A program made the translations under genes and the position numbers. Under the pieces are notes generated by a model that was not told the DNA's origin, ran no database searches, and saw nothing but the letters and a program-made list of their open reading frames with translations. Below are positions 45,702 to 58,305 of a DNA stretch of 64,000 bases, in pieces. Within the stretch, counting starts at the first letter, position 1. Each line of letters opens with the position of its first letter. This stretch comes from Cyanophora paradoxa CCMP329 (taxonomy: Eukaryota; Plantae; Glaucophyta), in assembly GCA_004431415.1 (NCBI GenBank), contig QPMI01000104.1, positions 248,001 to 312,000 of the forward strand. The letters run 5' to 3'.

Positions 45702-47444
45702 TCAGGTCGAGAGCGCGAAGCCGAAGACGTCGCTGCCGGGGGAAGGAGTCGGGGGGGGGGAGGGAGGGGAGGGGGGGGGGGGGGGGGGGGGGGGGCGGGA
45801 CGCGCACAGATTCTCGGCGACGCGGACGGGGCGGTAGGACTTGGGCACAACGGAGACGTGCGGCGAGCGCTACAGGTTCCACCGCAGTGGAACCTGCGAA
45901 AGGGGGGTACCCGGGGTGTCAGGCGGGTACGGGAGGCCGGGGCAGAATGCATGGATTAGAAAGGAAAAGTACTCGCCAGCGCGGGGCTCTTCCCGATCCG
46001 CTTTGCGATGTCCCCGATCTGTTTTTGGGGCAGCGTAAGGGGGGTACGGGTAGGAGGTAGGCGGGCGGGCGGGTAGGAGGGGGGTACGGCGCACGACGGG
46101 GTCGTCGGGCGGCTCGACGGCGTTCGGGTTGTCGGGTTGGGCGTCCAGGGGGAAGTACGCGGTGAGCTGAGGAGGGGGTACAGTCTCAGCGTGGAGGGCG
46201 AGCAGGGGGAGGGGTACGCCGCGGACGTGGATGCCGTGCTTGGTGCAGAAGTCCAGTAGCTTCGGCTGGGCGAGGTACGGGTGCAGCTCGACCTGGGCGA
46301 GGGGTACGAGGTGAGGGAGGGGGGTACGGGATTGATCGCGGCTCGGCCCCGGCACCTGGTTCACGGCCGGATTGATGCGGGCATACGAGAGGAGCTCCTC
46401 CAGGTCCCTTATCTTAAAGTTCGACACCCCGATCGTCTGCGGGGGGTACGCTCGCGCCTCAGGAAAGGGGGCTCGGGTCTCTCCGGAGGGGGTACGCGCG
46501 CCCTGACGAGGCCGGCGTCAAAGAGGGCCTCCATCGCCTCCCACGTCTCGCGGACGGGTACGGACGCCTTCCGCATGCGGTCGTTGCCGTCCTTGGGGAA
46601 CAGTCCCTCGCCCGCCGCGAACGCGATGGGCCTGCGCGGCGCGGCGGGGCGGGGCGCGCGCGTGGTCGGCCTGCGCGGCGGGGCGGGGCGGGCGGGCGGG
46701 CGAGCGAGCGGGCACCAGTGCATGAGCTACAGGTCGATGTACTTCAAGCCGAGCTCCTGCGCCGCGGTCGCTCGAGGCGCGGGACGTCCCGGCGGTCGGC
46801 CCCGGCCCCGATCGCACCTTGAGCGACCGCTCGCACGCGGGCCGCACCAGCGCGCGCTCGTGATCCGTGTTCCAGAGCTGCGCTCCGGGACCGGGCGTGA
46901 GCAACGCGCGAGAGGGAGCGCCGCCGCGGGCCGCGGGCGCGCCTTCGTGGTCACAAAGAGCTCCTCGCGCTTGATCGTCCCCTTCGGCTCGAGGGCCTCC
47001 GCCAGCACCTCGCCGACGTACGCTTCGGTCTGGTCTGCGCTCGCCCGCGCGCGGCCGGCGGGTCTCATTCAGCTCTCGCCAAGTGCGATCGGCGGAGCGG
47101 GAGGCGCACAGACTGCGGCCGTGTCGATGTGCTAACAGCACGCATCGAGCGCGGCGCGGACTGCGCTCTTCGTCAGCTCCTTCACATCCGGGCCCGCCCA
47201 AGTCCTAATGCGCAGGGTCAAAGATGCAGCGCGGGGGGCGGCGCGCGCGACGGGGAGCCAGGCTCAGCCAGCACCCGAGGCCGATGCGGGGGATGCTGGC
47301 GCCGACGCCGCTGGATAGCTTCGCACGGCTCGCACATCGCTTGCTTTCGCTTAAATACCTGTACCCCACTGCCGCGTGTCCCCCGGGTTCGTGCTGAGCT
47401 TCATGTGGTTCGGCCAGCTGTGACGCGCCGGTGCCTTCGACCAT
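45702..47444 (-). pseudogene. Aldo-keto reductase (AKR family) pseudogene, about 10 exons
   Basis: Spliced motifs [70 protein letters not shown] and VVPKS. In-frame TAG at 47132, 46727 and 45870, plus decayed conserved residues (YFPLD for YSPLG). Confidence 0.85.
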
Positions 47445-48042
47445 AGAGCTCTAGACGTACTCCAGGTGCGCTCATAGCCACCCGCCCGTGTTCGTTACGG
47501 CCGCCCGTCCAGCTGATCGCATCATTCGGTTTCGCTCGCGAGCAGTTTGGGGTTTCAGCGTGCTTGTAGTTGCGTTCAAAGAGCCCAGCTAACTCGGCGG
47601 CGCATTCCGTGTCCGGCGAGTCGTCATCGGCGCGGCGCCCCTGCAGCGGCCGCGGCTCGCGATCGGCCGGCACTGGGCGGGCTGCGCAGCCTCTCGGAAA
47701 CTCAATCCGAACGCTCTTGGAGGACATTTGGCTCGCCGCCCCGTCGACCGTGGGTCAGCAGCAGCGTGCAGGTCCGTGTCTGCATTCCGGCTTCAGGCGA
47801 GCAGGGTGCTTGGGTGGCTCTCTGTCTTTCGGATTAGCTACCAAAGATGCAGTCTAGCGATCGCTATCGTGTTCTCTAACGGGCGACTGACGCTGGACGT
47901 CGACGGTCTGTCTTCGTGCAAGTGCAGGCCTAGGGCTTGACTAGCTAGCTGCAGCCGCACCTGTGCCTAGCGTTCGAACCTCCTCTCAGCCTCACTGACG
48001 CACTCGCGGCCGTCCGATCGCAGCTGAAGAGCGCGGGAAGGC

Positions 48043-51000
48043 ATGGAGCTCGATCCCGCCCTTCCGGCGGCTGCTGTCGGCCTGGTCCTCGACCCCGCCA
48101 GCAACTCCGCCCCTTGGAGCAAGCTATACGCTCTGGACCAGCCTGTCCGTCTCTGTGTCAAGTGCGTCACTGCGCTGCGCTAACGCTAGCCGTTAGCGTC
48201 ACTCCCGACCCGTTGCTGCTCTAGTACCGGTACCCCCGTTGCGCGCCTACTTTCCTGTGTCACCACGATCGTCCACGAACCCCCCCCCCCCCCCTCAACA
48301 ACCCCCAACACCCGCCATATCATCCATTACACTACCTCAGACCCCCCCCCCCCCCCCCCCCTGCCACTCGCTTTCCTGTTCAGTGCACCTGATACCCCTA
48401 CACCGGCCTGGCCCTCCCTCGCCATCCCTCCCCCCCCCTTGTCGCCCCTCCCCCAGCAAACTTCCATCCCCCCCCCTCCCCCCCCCCCCCCACCCGTCCT
48501 TTTCCCATCCCACCCACCCTCGTGCTTCCCCCGTCCCTTCTCCCCTTTCCCGCCCCCCCCTCCCCCCCCCCCCTGCCACTCGCTTTCCTGTTCAGTGCAC
48601 CTGATACCCCTACACCGGCCTGGCCCTCCCTCGCCATCCCCCCCCTCCTCGCCCCTCCCTCCAGCAAACTTCCATCCCCCTGCCCCTCCCCCCGTCCTTT
48701 TCCCATCCCACCCACCCTCGTGCTTCCCCGTCCCTTCTCCCCTTTCCCGCCCCTGCGCCCCCCCCCCCCCCCCCCCCCAAGACACCCCCCCCACTCCGCC
48801 CCACCCCACTTCTTCCCCGCCTTGTCCAACCCCACCTCCTCCTCAGTGCAACTCGATTAGTGCTTTTCTCAAGTACCCCGGGATTTTGCGGCTCATGATC
48901 ATCAAGATGCCGTTGCCATACCGCTGCTGCTCCTTTGGCCCTTTCTCCGCATCCCCCCTCCCCCCCTTCCCCCCACTCCCTCCCGGAGTCGACGTCCCTG
49001 CTATTCCTTCAATTTGCCCCTCCCCCTCTCCCCTCCCCCTATCAACGCCTCACCCCCCCCCCCCGCCCCCCAGGTGCAATCATCCGCATGTGGGGTACGA
49101 CACCGTTGAGGATCTTTTCAGCGAGAGGATCTGTGGGCATAGCGACGTGCCCGAATACGTGCAGTCGGGGCCGCAGCTTCAGCAGTTGCTCGCCCAGAGG
49201 CGCGCGGGGGCCGGGTGGAAGCTGAGGTACGGCTGCGATGGCCTGCTGGTCCTGCGCAACGTCGGCACCCCGGGCGCGAGCGTCGGCGAGAGCGGCAGCC
49301 AGCACACCAGCGCTCCTAGCAGCGAGAGGCAGTATGTCCTCCTGGAGAAACTCGGCGACGGGTGCTCGGGCAGCGTCTTCCTGGCGGCCTCCCGCGGTCC
49401 CTCGCCTCTGGGCCCGGCCTTCATGCAGCTCCGAAAGGTCGCCGTCAAGCAGATGTCGATCTCTTCGAGTTCAAATTCGACGTGCGTGCTTGACACCGTT
49501 GCTTTTCTTACCTTTCTTTAATATTTACTTTGCAGTACTTCCGAGGATCGCGTATTCGAGCAAGCAGTGCTCGAGCAGCTCCGCCGCATCCGCCTGTGGA
49601 TGCTACCGACTTTTTGGGAAGAAATTGAGCCCGTCAGCCCCTCCCACCGGCTCTTTGCGATGACATACTTTGATGCCCCAAGGTGACGCTCTGAAATTAA
49701 CTATCGATCGTTGATCTCGAACCGAGTATTGAGCATCGACTCGGCATCATTCAGCATCGACGATCTCTTGACAGACAACCAAACCTTCCAACCCGAAGAG
49801 GTCACCTCGTTCCTCGAGCAGGTGAAGTTGTGCTGCTAAAGAGCATTTAAATTTGTCTATATACGTTTATTTATATAAATCTTTTGCTGCAGCTTGGACT
49901 GTTCACGCGCGCCCTAGATATGCATTATGTTCTAACCGCCCTAGATATGCATAACCTTAAAACCGTTCATCTGCTTCCTAAGCGTTTCATCGCCAGATGT
50001 GCATTCTCTTTTATCGGATCCACACGGAGTCGAACCTCATCCACTGCGACGTGTCGACATCAAATGTACTCGTCTGGAGAGCGCCTGATGGGATCAAGCT
50101 TCCTCAGTTCGTTTGATTGTTCTTCCTCAGTGCGTTCCTCAACTGGGATCAATTTTGCTGAAAGCTGTTGTACCTGCACGCAGGTTCATGCTGGCCGACT
50201 CTGCCAACAGCGTCCAGCGCGATGACAGAGCGCAAGGAAAGAGACTCGCGCCTTTCGAGATTGTGCACCTGCGCCCTTCCAAGCTTAAGCTTGCGAAAGT
50301 ACCCGCAATGCCAACTTTCATTTGCAGTTGCGCGGAAACTCTCAAACTGCTTCGGACATGTACGGGGTCGGGACTGTGGCTCTCCAGATGCTGACCGGCG
50401 TGCCCTCGGATGCCGCAAGCGTCACCAGGCTGCTCACGTTGTTTGCCCAGTTCTGCGCTGGTTGCCTACGCAGCTGGCATCCTGATCCTGGAGACCGTCA
50501 AATTCTGGCGCGAATTGAGCAAATTCCGAAGCAGCTACGCCGCGTCTTGGCTGATCTTCTTCAGGTTCGCACTCATGGTTTTAAGCAGATGCATCGTTCG
50601 CTTACGTATACCTCATCGATATCTAGTAGCTCTCGTTAGCATTTTAATACAATCTACTCTGATTTGAAATCATGTCGTAGGAGTCCGAGGTCCACCGGAC
50701 CGCGTCGGCAGTGGCGCTGTGGAACAGTATGCATCGCGAAGATCTACGCGAGGATGGCCTCTGGAATGTTGGAGGTTGGCAGTTATGTATACTTGAGAAT
50801 ATTGAGATTTTATCTGTTTGATTGAAGGTTTCGGAATCAACGCCAGATTTCTTTGATGACTCGGACTCAATCTGGGTTCGGCAGCAGGCTGAAGCCATCC
50901 GTGAGGCTCTTATCCGTGATGGCAGGCTCCAGGGCGCAATCGATGAGATTGAGCACCTAAACTCCAGCTCCAGCGTCGCCCATGGCCAACCATTGGTGGG

Positions 51001-54000
51001 CATTCGAGTTGTTATCAGCAGTGGACACGACTACATTGATCGTCACCAAATCGTAGAGGCGATACGATGTATCGTTGGAGGGGTATGTGGTGAAACTGCA
51101 TTCAATAATTCCTGAGTCATATTATTCGCAATGTTAAACTCCATATATTCAGGGAGCTTTTGGACCTGAATTCCCGTATCCGGAAGCGGAAGCATTGCCT
51201 GGCAGCACGATCGTCGATTTCAAGCTGCCCAAGACGCTTGCAGATGCACTCGCGCTGAAGTGCACCGAAAGCAGCATTAAAAAGGGCCTGCAATACTCTG
51301 GCTTCATACTGATAAAGATCCAGGGACATCCTGACATCCAAATCACCGAGAAGGGCATCGGTCCGTGCTTCGTTTATTTAATTATGTACTGTCTGGTTTT
51401 CATTCGTTCTTGCATCGGTTGCCTGCAGACGTTCCTGCCGCGAAGAATCCGCTCGTGTTCTGGGGCTCCGCCTTTGTCCCCGCTGGCTTCCAGATGCGAA
51501 TGCTCAGCGCGTTTGAGTTCTGGCAGCTGCAACCATCAGTGTGGACTGATTCGAGTGCCGCGCGGGCCGAGCCGCAGCGCATTAATGTATACTTCACGTA
51601 TCTCTCGGGACTGCCCGTCAAACATCTCCGCCGATCTTTTGTGGTGCATTGATATTCCGAGCTTGAAAGCTTACTTGCAATTGCATTGAAGCCGATTCCT
51701 CGCATATGCATGCTCACAAGCGCTTCGATTGCAGGCTGTGCGAGCCGCGGATGAGAGTCAGAACTTCGATCCCGAATTTGATCCGTCCACTGCCTCTCGG
51801 GATGTTATCATGTCGCAACTGCGCGATGGGTACAAGAAAGCTGGCATGGATCCGAATTCACGTGCGCCGATTCTCGGCTGGAAGATTCAATGATTGATGG
51901 CTACCGCTGAAACGCCTTGACCATGCCTCAGGCATCGACACGTTTCGTTTGCAGACGCGAGACCAGTTGGCACAGTTGTACAAGCAGTGTGGAGGAGAAA
52001 GACTTACGAATTTCGGGAAAATCACAAAGCGAGATCTCACAAATCGCGTGATTGACGTCTTGTTCGGCTCAAGATCTGGAACCATTGAGGTCTGAATCAA
52101 TATCGCTGTGTACTTATACATCATGTTTTGAATCTCCCTGCAGCAGCCGCGTGCAGGAGATCTAGAGGCTTCTCCTAGCCCGAGGCCTTCTGGACTTCCG
52201 AACCGAGCGAAGTCGAAGTCAATGTTGAGCCAGCTTATCCGGAAAGCGTTGGTTCAGGTTGGAGACACGCTTGAGCTGCGAGGGTGCACGTGCATGGTAG
52301 GGCTCAGAATTCATTATAGCTGAGTCATACTTTCGCAGATTTGTCTAAATTTAACTTCCGCAGGTCCTCGAGCATGGGCGCGTCAAATTTGTGGATAAGG
52401 ACGGTGCGACTCACACATCGACTGGAGCAGCTTGGGCCAAGTCGGTCCTCAAGGAAGCCGGCGCCAAAACCGTACCCCACACAGCCCTGAAGCAGGCGTT
52501 TGTGTACCCCGCCGCTGGAGGCGCGCCCATTTCTCTCGCTTCTCTGTACCAGGCGACATCGGCTCAAGACAAGATGTTGGAGATCAGCGGCTCGAGCTCA
52601 GTTCCGGCAGCTATAGCCATGGACGCTGAGGGGTCTCTGCAGGAAGTTATTCGTCCAGCGCAGGGTGTGTGGTGTTTGTTTGCATCAATATTCATCCATC
52701 TGTTTGCACCTCAAAGGGGATGCAGCATTTGACGTCAAGGAGGAACGGATGGTTGTGAAAGAAGATACCGCAGCTGCAGCCGAGCCCAAGCCCGAGGAGT
52801 TTGAAACAGAGACGGATGATGATGAGGAGATCGATCTGAACAACCCTTTGGTGCGCGCGCTCATATGCTTGCGTCTATCTGTCGGTTCTCTTTACGTTCT
52901 CTTTTACATGTGTTAATATATAAAACCCTTCTTGACGACTGCATTTCGCAGAGTGCAGCAGTGCGCCTCATGATTCCGCTGGGAAAACTCGACAAGGAGG
53001 CTCGATTGCGCCTGCTTGAGCGGCTCAAGGGTGCATGCGGAAAACAGGTTTGCACGCTCGCCGACCTGTGCAATGAGGAGGCCTTGGGGGTCGCGTTCGA
53101 CGAAATGGTGTCAGCCGGGTCGATGCTGAGCGTGCTCTCGCAGGCGGTCTGGTGCGAAATGACACATAATCGCAATTACTTATATATATATATAAATGCA
53201 TGATAACCGATCGCTACGTTTCAGGGGCGGCTCGGTGAGCGAGGTGGCTCTAGAGGAAATCGTCCTATCTAAGCTAAGGATATGTGATGGAGACTTGGAG
53301 AAGCTCCTCATTGGATTTGGAGCCCAAGCAAAGCAGCTTATTGCAGAATTCGGGATTTCAACTGGAAGTATGGGTGCCAAAACATCCGTGCGCCTCCTGT
53401 TGTTCTGGGGTGTTGGGTAGATTGCTTGTCATGAAGTCCGCACATAATCTCTCCTCGCTCACCGTTGCAGACAATGCGAGGCTATCTGTCTGAAGTCCTG
53501 AGAGCAATCTCTGACTCCGGCAAGAGACTTACAACCACTTTGTTTGATGACGTGGCGGCAACAATTCTGGCGCACACGCTGCAATTGGATATCCATGTAT
53601 TCTCCCGGGTCCGTTCTCTTCTTACCCACTGTACATGTCTTGCTTTCCAACTTTTTCTGCTCTTAAAGACGGTCACAGAATGCAAATCGCGCAGTCTCCG
53701 TGAAGAGCTTTGAGACTGGAACAGAAGGATTGAAAATTCTCAGCAATCGTCATGTGGTCATCTTGGCACAGAAGAGGCTGAAAAACCGTCTCGAGTACGC
53801 TCTCTATCGGGCAAAGAATGTTTTCCAGGATGGTGCGCATGAAGTTTTTGTTTGACTTGAATTCGACTTTTCAGAACTCAAAATGCATTCCACAGATGAG
53901 TTTGTTGATAGGGTCTCGATAAGCACTATGGAATCTCACGCGACCGCAGCGCATGTTCAGAAAGAAGACTTTAAATGGGGTGCGCTTGCACCTTCAAAAT

Positions 54001-57000
54001 TTCCTCTAAATAGTCGACTGATCAGACACTCAGATGTAAAGCAAGGTCCGCGCCTGGATCACAGTAATCCAGATGATCCTGCAACGCTGGAGGTATGTAA
54101 TCCTTGCAATCTTTGTCGTCCAACACGTTAGTGAATTGAAGAAATCCGACCGCTCAGACCCGTATCTCTGAAGATAGAACGCAATTTGTGCTGGTTCGCA
54201 TAAGTAACCGAACGGGAGTGGAAGAGATCATTGGAACGCAGCCAGTTCTCCGTAAGCGGCAGAAAAAGATGACGACGGCTTTGGATGCTGCATGCATCCG
54301 GGACTACTTGCGTGAACTGCTCCAACTTGATTCTCAAAGCATTGGTGTGCAACGCCTATCAAAGCTTCATCTGCAATGCTAATCATTTGTTCAGGGCAAG
54401 AGAGAGTGTTTGACCTCGTCCAGAAGTTGAAGGACGAGGCGATGGATGTTTTCTCGTGTGGAAAAGGCACTGGTGCAGAGAATTACGTCGAAAACGCCGA
54501 GAATATTCGAGAGATTGTGCGTTCCCGTTTTGATGCAAGCGATCGTTGACATCGTGTATTGATGCGAGCGGCAGTTGACGAGCGGCATGGCAGGCCCCAA
54601 CTCACCCATTGCCGAACTCATGCTGCTTCGCGTTTTCTTGGTGGGTTACACGAAGTCTGGTATGCTCTCGCGCTCAATGCTGTGAACTCTCGAATTATGC
54701 CTAGCGTGACTTTTACGAAGGCAAATCAACGTTGCTGTCGAGCCTTCTGTACAGCGGCATGCCTTCCGCGGAAAAGTATTCTCGCTTGATTGGCAGAGTC
54801 AAAGAAGTTTTGGGGGAACGCATCTGCTGGCACCCCGCCACATCTGACGTGCGCATGCGCTTCAATCTAGATATAGAGATCGCAAGAGATGATACAACCG
54901 CAGTTTTATGGCTTCGTGAGTGGCGCGACGCTGCCGGATGACCATGAGCAGAAGATGAGAGCGCTGGAGGAAGTCGGCTTCAAGGCAGCGGCTGCAGCGG
55001 CGGCAGCCAGTATATCTATTAGAAGTGCAGACGTTGATGGCGATTCCAGCTTCATGTGGCAGCTCATGCAGAAGCTCGAGGAGCGGGCCGGACCCGCATT
55101 GAAGGACAAGTTCGTCCGCGGCGTTCTTCTTCCCGCAATGGACGTGAACGCAACAACAAGGTGGGGCACCTTGCGATCTCAACGTAATCGTTGATCGTGA
55201 TCTGACTTCACTTAATTTGCTTGAACAGTGTGTCCGTCTTCGCCAAGCTGTCCCCCTTCCCGTACTGCATCGTCTCCTTCATCACCGAGGCCGAGCACGA
55301 GAGAATCAAGGTGGAGGCGTTGGAAGCGCTAGACAACATTCAGCAAAAGAAGAAGGCGAATACGAAAGGGCGCGGGAAGCGCTCCATGTACGACGCCGAA
55401 GATTTAGATGAAGCCGAGGGAGAGCCCGGATCTGCTGATCAACATGAGGAGAAAGTTCTGCATGCTCTCTCGATGGTGGGCAAGGAGGGTCTCGTCAACG
55501 CACAGGGCAAAGGCTACGACCAGATCACGTGAGTGGAACTTTCGCTACGTTATAGTACATCTTCAGACCTTCCTCCTTACTGCTTGATAAGGCCTGCCGA
55601 TCTGGAGTTCGACGAAGAGATCGCCGAGATGAAGCGCCTCTACGGACGCAACCTGATCTATGTTCCAGGTGATTTGGTCGCTCCGTCTGGCACTGAACGA
55701 CGGTGTCTGACGATGTCTGACTTTTTTTATTGTGCAGGGACCGAGAGTCGGGATGACGCCCTGTTCAGCCTCCAGAAGACGCTCGGCCTCTTCACCACGA
55801 ACGGGATTCGCAGCTGCTGGGGTCTCGTCAAGAGCGCCGAGTTTGGAGTGCCAAGCAAAGCATGCGACGGTTTTCTCTTCGTCAGTTCCACCCTTTGCCC
55901 GAAATTTCGGCCCCTCTGACGCAATTATGTTTTTCTCAGTGCGATTGCGTTGGCTCTAGCAGGATTGATACCGTCAGAAGGGCAGCTGCGGCGCATTCGG
56001 AGTCAGGCGGAGAGATCGACGTCCTGCTTCACGTTGTGGTCCATCAGAACACGCCGTCAGATGTCTTCCCCGATCTGAATGGCCCTATCCGCGCTCTCAT
56101 CCTGAATCCTGAAGACCACGCGGTGAGGCTACATCGCAGCCCGCAACCCCTAATATAACGTCCGTGCATGCACTGCGGCAGGTCGTGTTGGCCTACGATG
56201 CTCGCAACGGGAAATCGTCGAAGGGAGAGATCTCCGAAGAATACGCGAAGACGCTGGAGTCCGAGGTGGAGCAGCGCGTCATAAACACCGAGTGGCGACC
56301 GCGGGTCTCCGAAATGATTCCAGATGTTGAAGAAGGCGCCACAGACAAAGACGCCCCCCACATCGACGAGGAAGCAATGTGCGAGCCCCTATGATCACCT
56401 TAATTGGACATGCGAGCCTACGTATACGTAGTTTTAATGCAAATGGTTCCACAGAATGAAACGTTTTTTCTTCGTCCCTTACTGCGCCGCACCATCATTC
56501 ATGAAGGCGCAAGCAAAGGGCACTGGAGAGGATCCGGATGACAAATTGGAGAAGCCCAGGCTTGCTGCGCTCTGCCAGAAACTTCGAGATCTGCATGCCG
56601 ACATCGCCCGGCGCCGCGTGCGCAAACGATTTCAAGACGAAATATAATCCAATGTCATTCAGAGCTTTCGCCTCCTCTATCACGTGCGTTCTGAACATTC
56701 CATTGCATCTGCACCTTGCACATTTAATTAATTTGCGATCCATTTAACTTAAGAAGTTCACATGACACTGCAGAGCATCACACTGCAGACGCAGCCCTTC
56801 TCCGCAGAAGACCGCCGGCGAATCGATCAAGAACTCCAGCAGGCAGAGAGGCGGCTGCGCGAGACAGTGCAAGCGTTAAAGAATTTGGGCTTCCGGGAGC
56901 TCTACGACGCGATCGAGCTCTGCGAGGAGCGCATCCGTTCCCTCGTCCTCGGTGCCTACTCGCGGCTCGAGGTCTGCAATCGTGATTTTTTAAATAAGAG

Positions 57001-58305
57001 AAAGGTTTGCTTATCGCTATCTCCCTTTAAATTATCACTACCTTCTCTCTCAAACTCGGAACTTCTCTCACATGTCCATACGTGCCGAATGCAGAAACTT
57101 CTGGAGAAGTGCAGCGAAAAGAGCACCGGAGTGTTGGAGAGGATCTTCAAGGAGTGCAAGGAGCCGTACTTGTCCAAGGGCTCCCGCAGGCTGCTGCAGC
57201 TCCTCAAGGCTGAAGAGCCCGAGAACGCGCCCCTCTTCGCGTGCCTGTTCGGCGATTTCCTGAGCAAGCTTCCGACTAGCCTCGTGAGCCAGCTGAAGGC
57301 ACAGTACGCCAAGGTGCTGTCGAAGGGGACGGAGGCGGACCCACGGCCGGCCAGCATCCAGGCCCTCCTGGAGAAGCGGCTGGCGCTTGACAAGCTTGAG
57401 TACCGGGGGCAGAAGGATGATTCGCCCCTCGTCAAGAAAATGGCATCGCGTATTCTGAAAGACACAAAGAAGTTCGCTCAATCCTTTTTCGTCTACTCTT
57501 CTTTGAGCTGATCTAATGGCTTTGCACCTTAGGACGCTGCAGGAGTCCATCAACCGGTACTTCGACATGGAGCTCCCGTCCAAGCTCGACAAGTTCATTG
57601 GCACGACACTGAAGGAGGCGTTCATTGGCACACTAAGGGCGGAGCTTGAGTACTACCTTAAGAAAGCGATGGTAATTAAATATTGCAAACAATTACAACG
57701 ACCAAGCTTCTTCTGGCTTTAATTTCCCTCGAGCTCGCTCTAATCATGATCCTCGCTGTGCAGAAGAAGAAGTTGAACTCGGAGCGATACAATGCGCTTC
57801 TGCAGGCCATGGCGGATCCCTGGCCGGGCAGCGAGAACACGAGCTACGAGAAGTCCATCATCAACGTGTGCGACAAGGTCAGCGATGTTGTGTACGGTTG
57901 TGTACGGTCGCACGATGTCCGGTTAGAAGCTTAACTTGTCTCTACAGGTTGAAGGCGAGATCGCGAAGCAGTTCGGCAAGTTCAAAACCAGTATCCCTGA
58001 AGGATTCCGCGATATTGTTCTCGCTCGGGTTGAGGAGCTCGCGAACACGCGAAAGAACCCCATCGCGGACGTGAACTCGGACATCGGCGCCAAGCGCAAG
58101 GTGATCATGGAGAGGCAGTGGCAGCACCTGATCAAGCTCCTTAATGTTGTTCTCGAGACTGCACAGAAGCATGATCTTGTGACGTACGTGAACATCGCTT
58201 TTTTGCATCCGATCGCGAGACGGCCGCAGTTGATTAATACGGCATCACAGGATCCACGATCCTGTTTACGACGCCTTCCTCGACCTCCGAGCGCAGGGCA
58301 CCTGA
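48043..58305 (+). CDS. ~2,200-aa multidomain protein: atypical protein kinase, SAP/HeH-like, RAMA-like, inactive OTU-like, dynamin-like GTPase and helical C-terminus; about 40 exons
   Basis: A manual exon walk with GT-AG introns keeps one frame from ATG 48043 to TGA 58305, with one weak donor near 50768. Kinase motifs LGDGCSGSV, VAVK, IHCDVSTSN, LADSA and SDMYGVG. GTPase G1 VFLVGYTKSGKSTLL, G2-region LLPAMDVNATT and G3 FLFCDCVG. Confidence 0.8.
48355..48780 (+). repeat. Two ~212-bp C-rich tandem repeats in the ~910-bp first intron of the kinase-GTPase gene
   Basis: ctgccactcgctttcctgttcagtgcacctgatacccc at 48361 and 48573; long C runs (G-quadruplex-prone on the minus strand). Confidence 0.85.

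Noticed and set aside
45870-47134. TAG codon reassignment suggested by three in-frame TAGs in AKR
   Set aside because: They replace three different conserved residues, other conserved residues are also decayed, TAG terminates the RING and lectin genes, and no in-frame TAG appeared in the kinase-GTPase exon walk.
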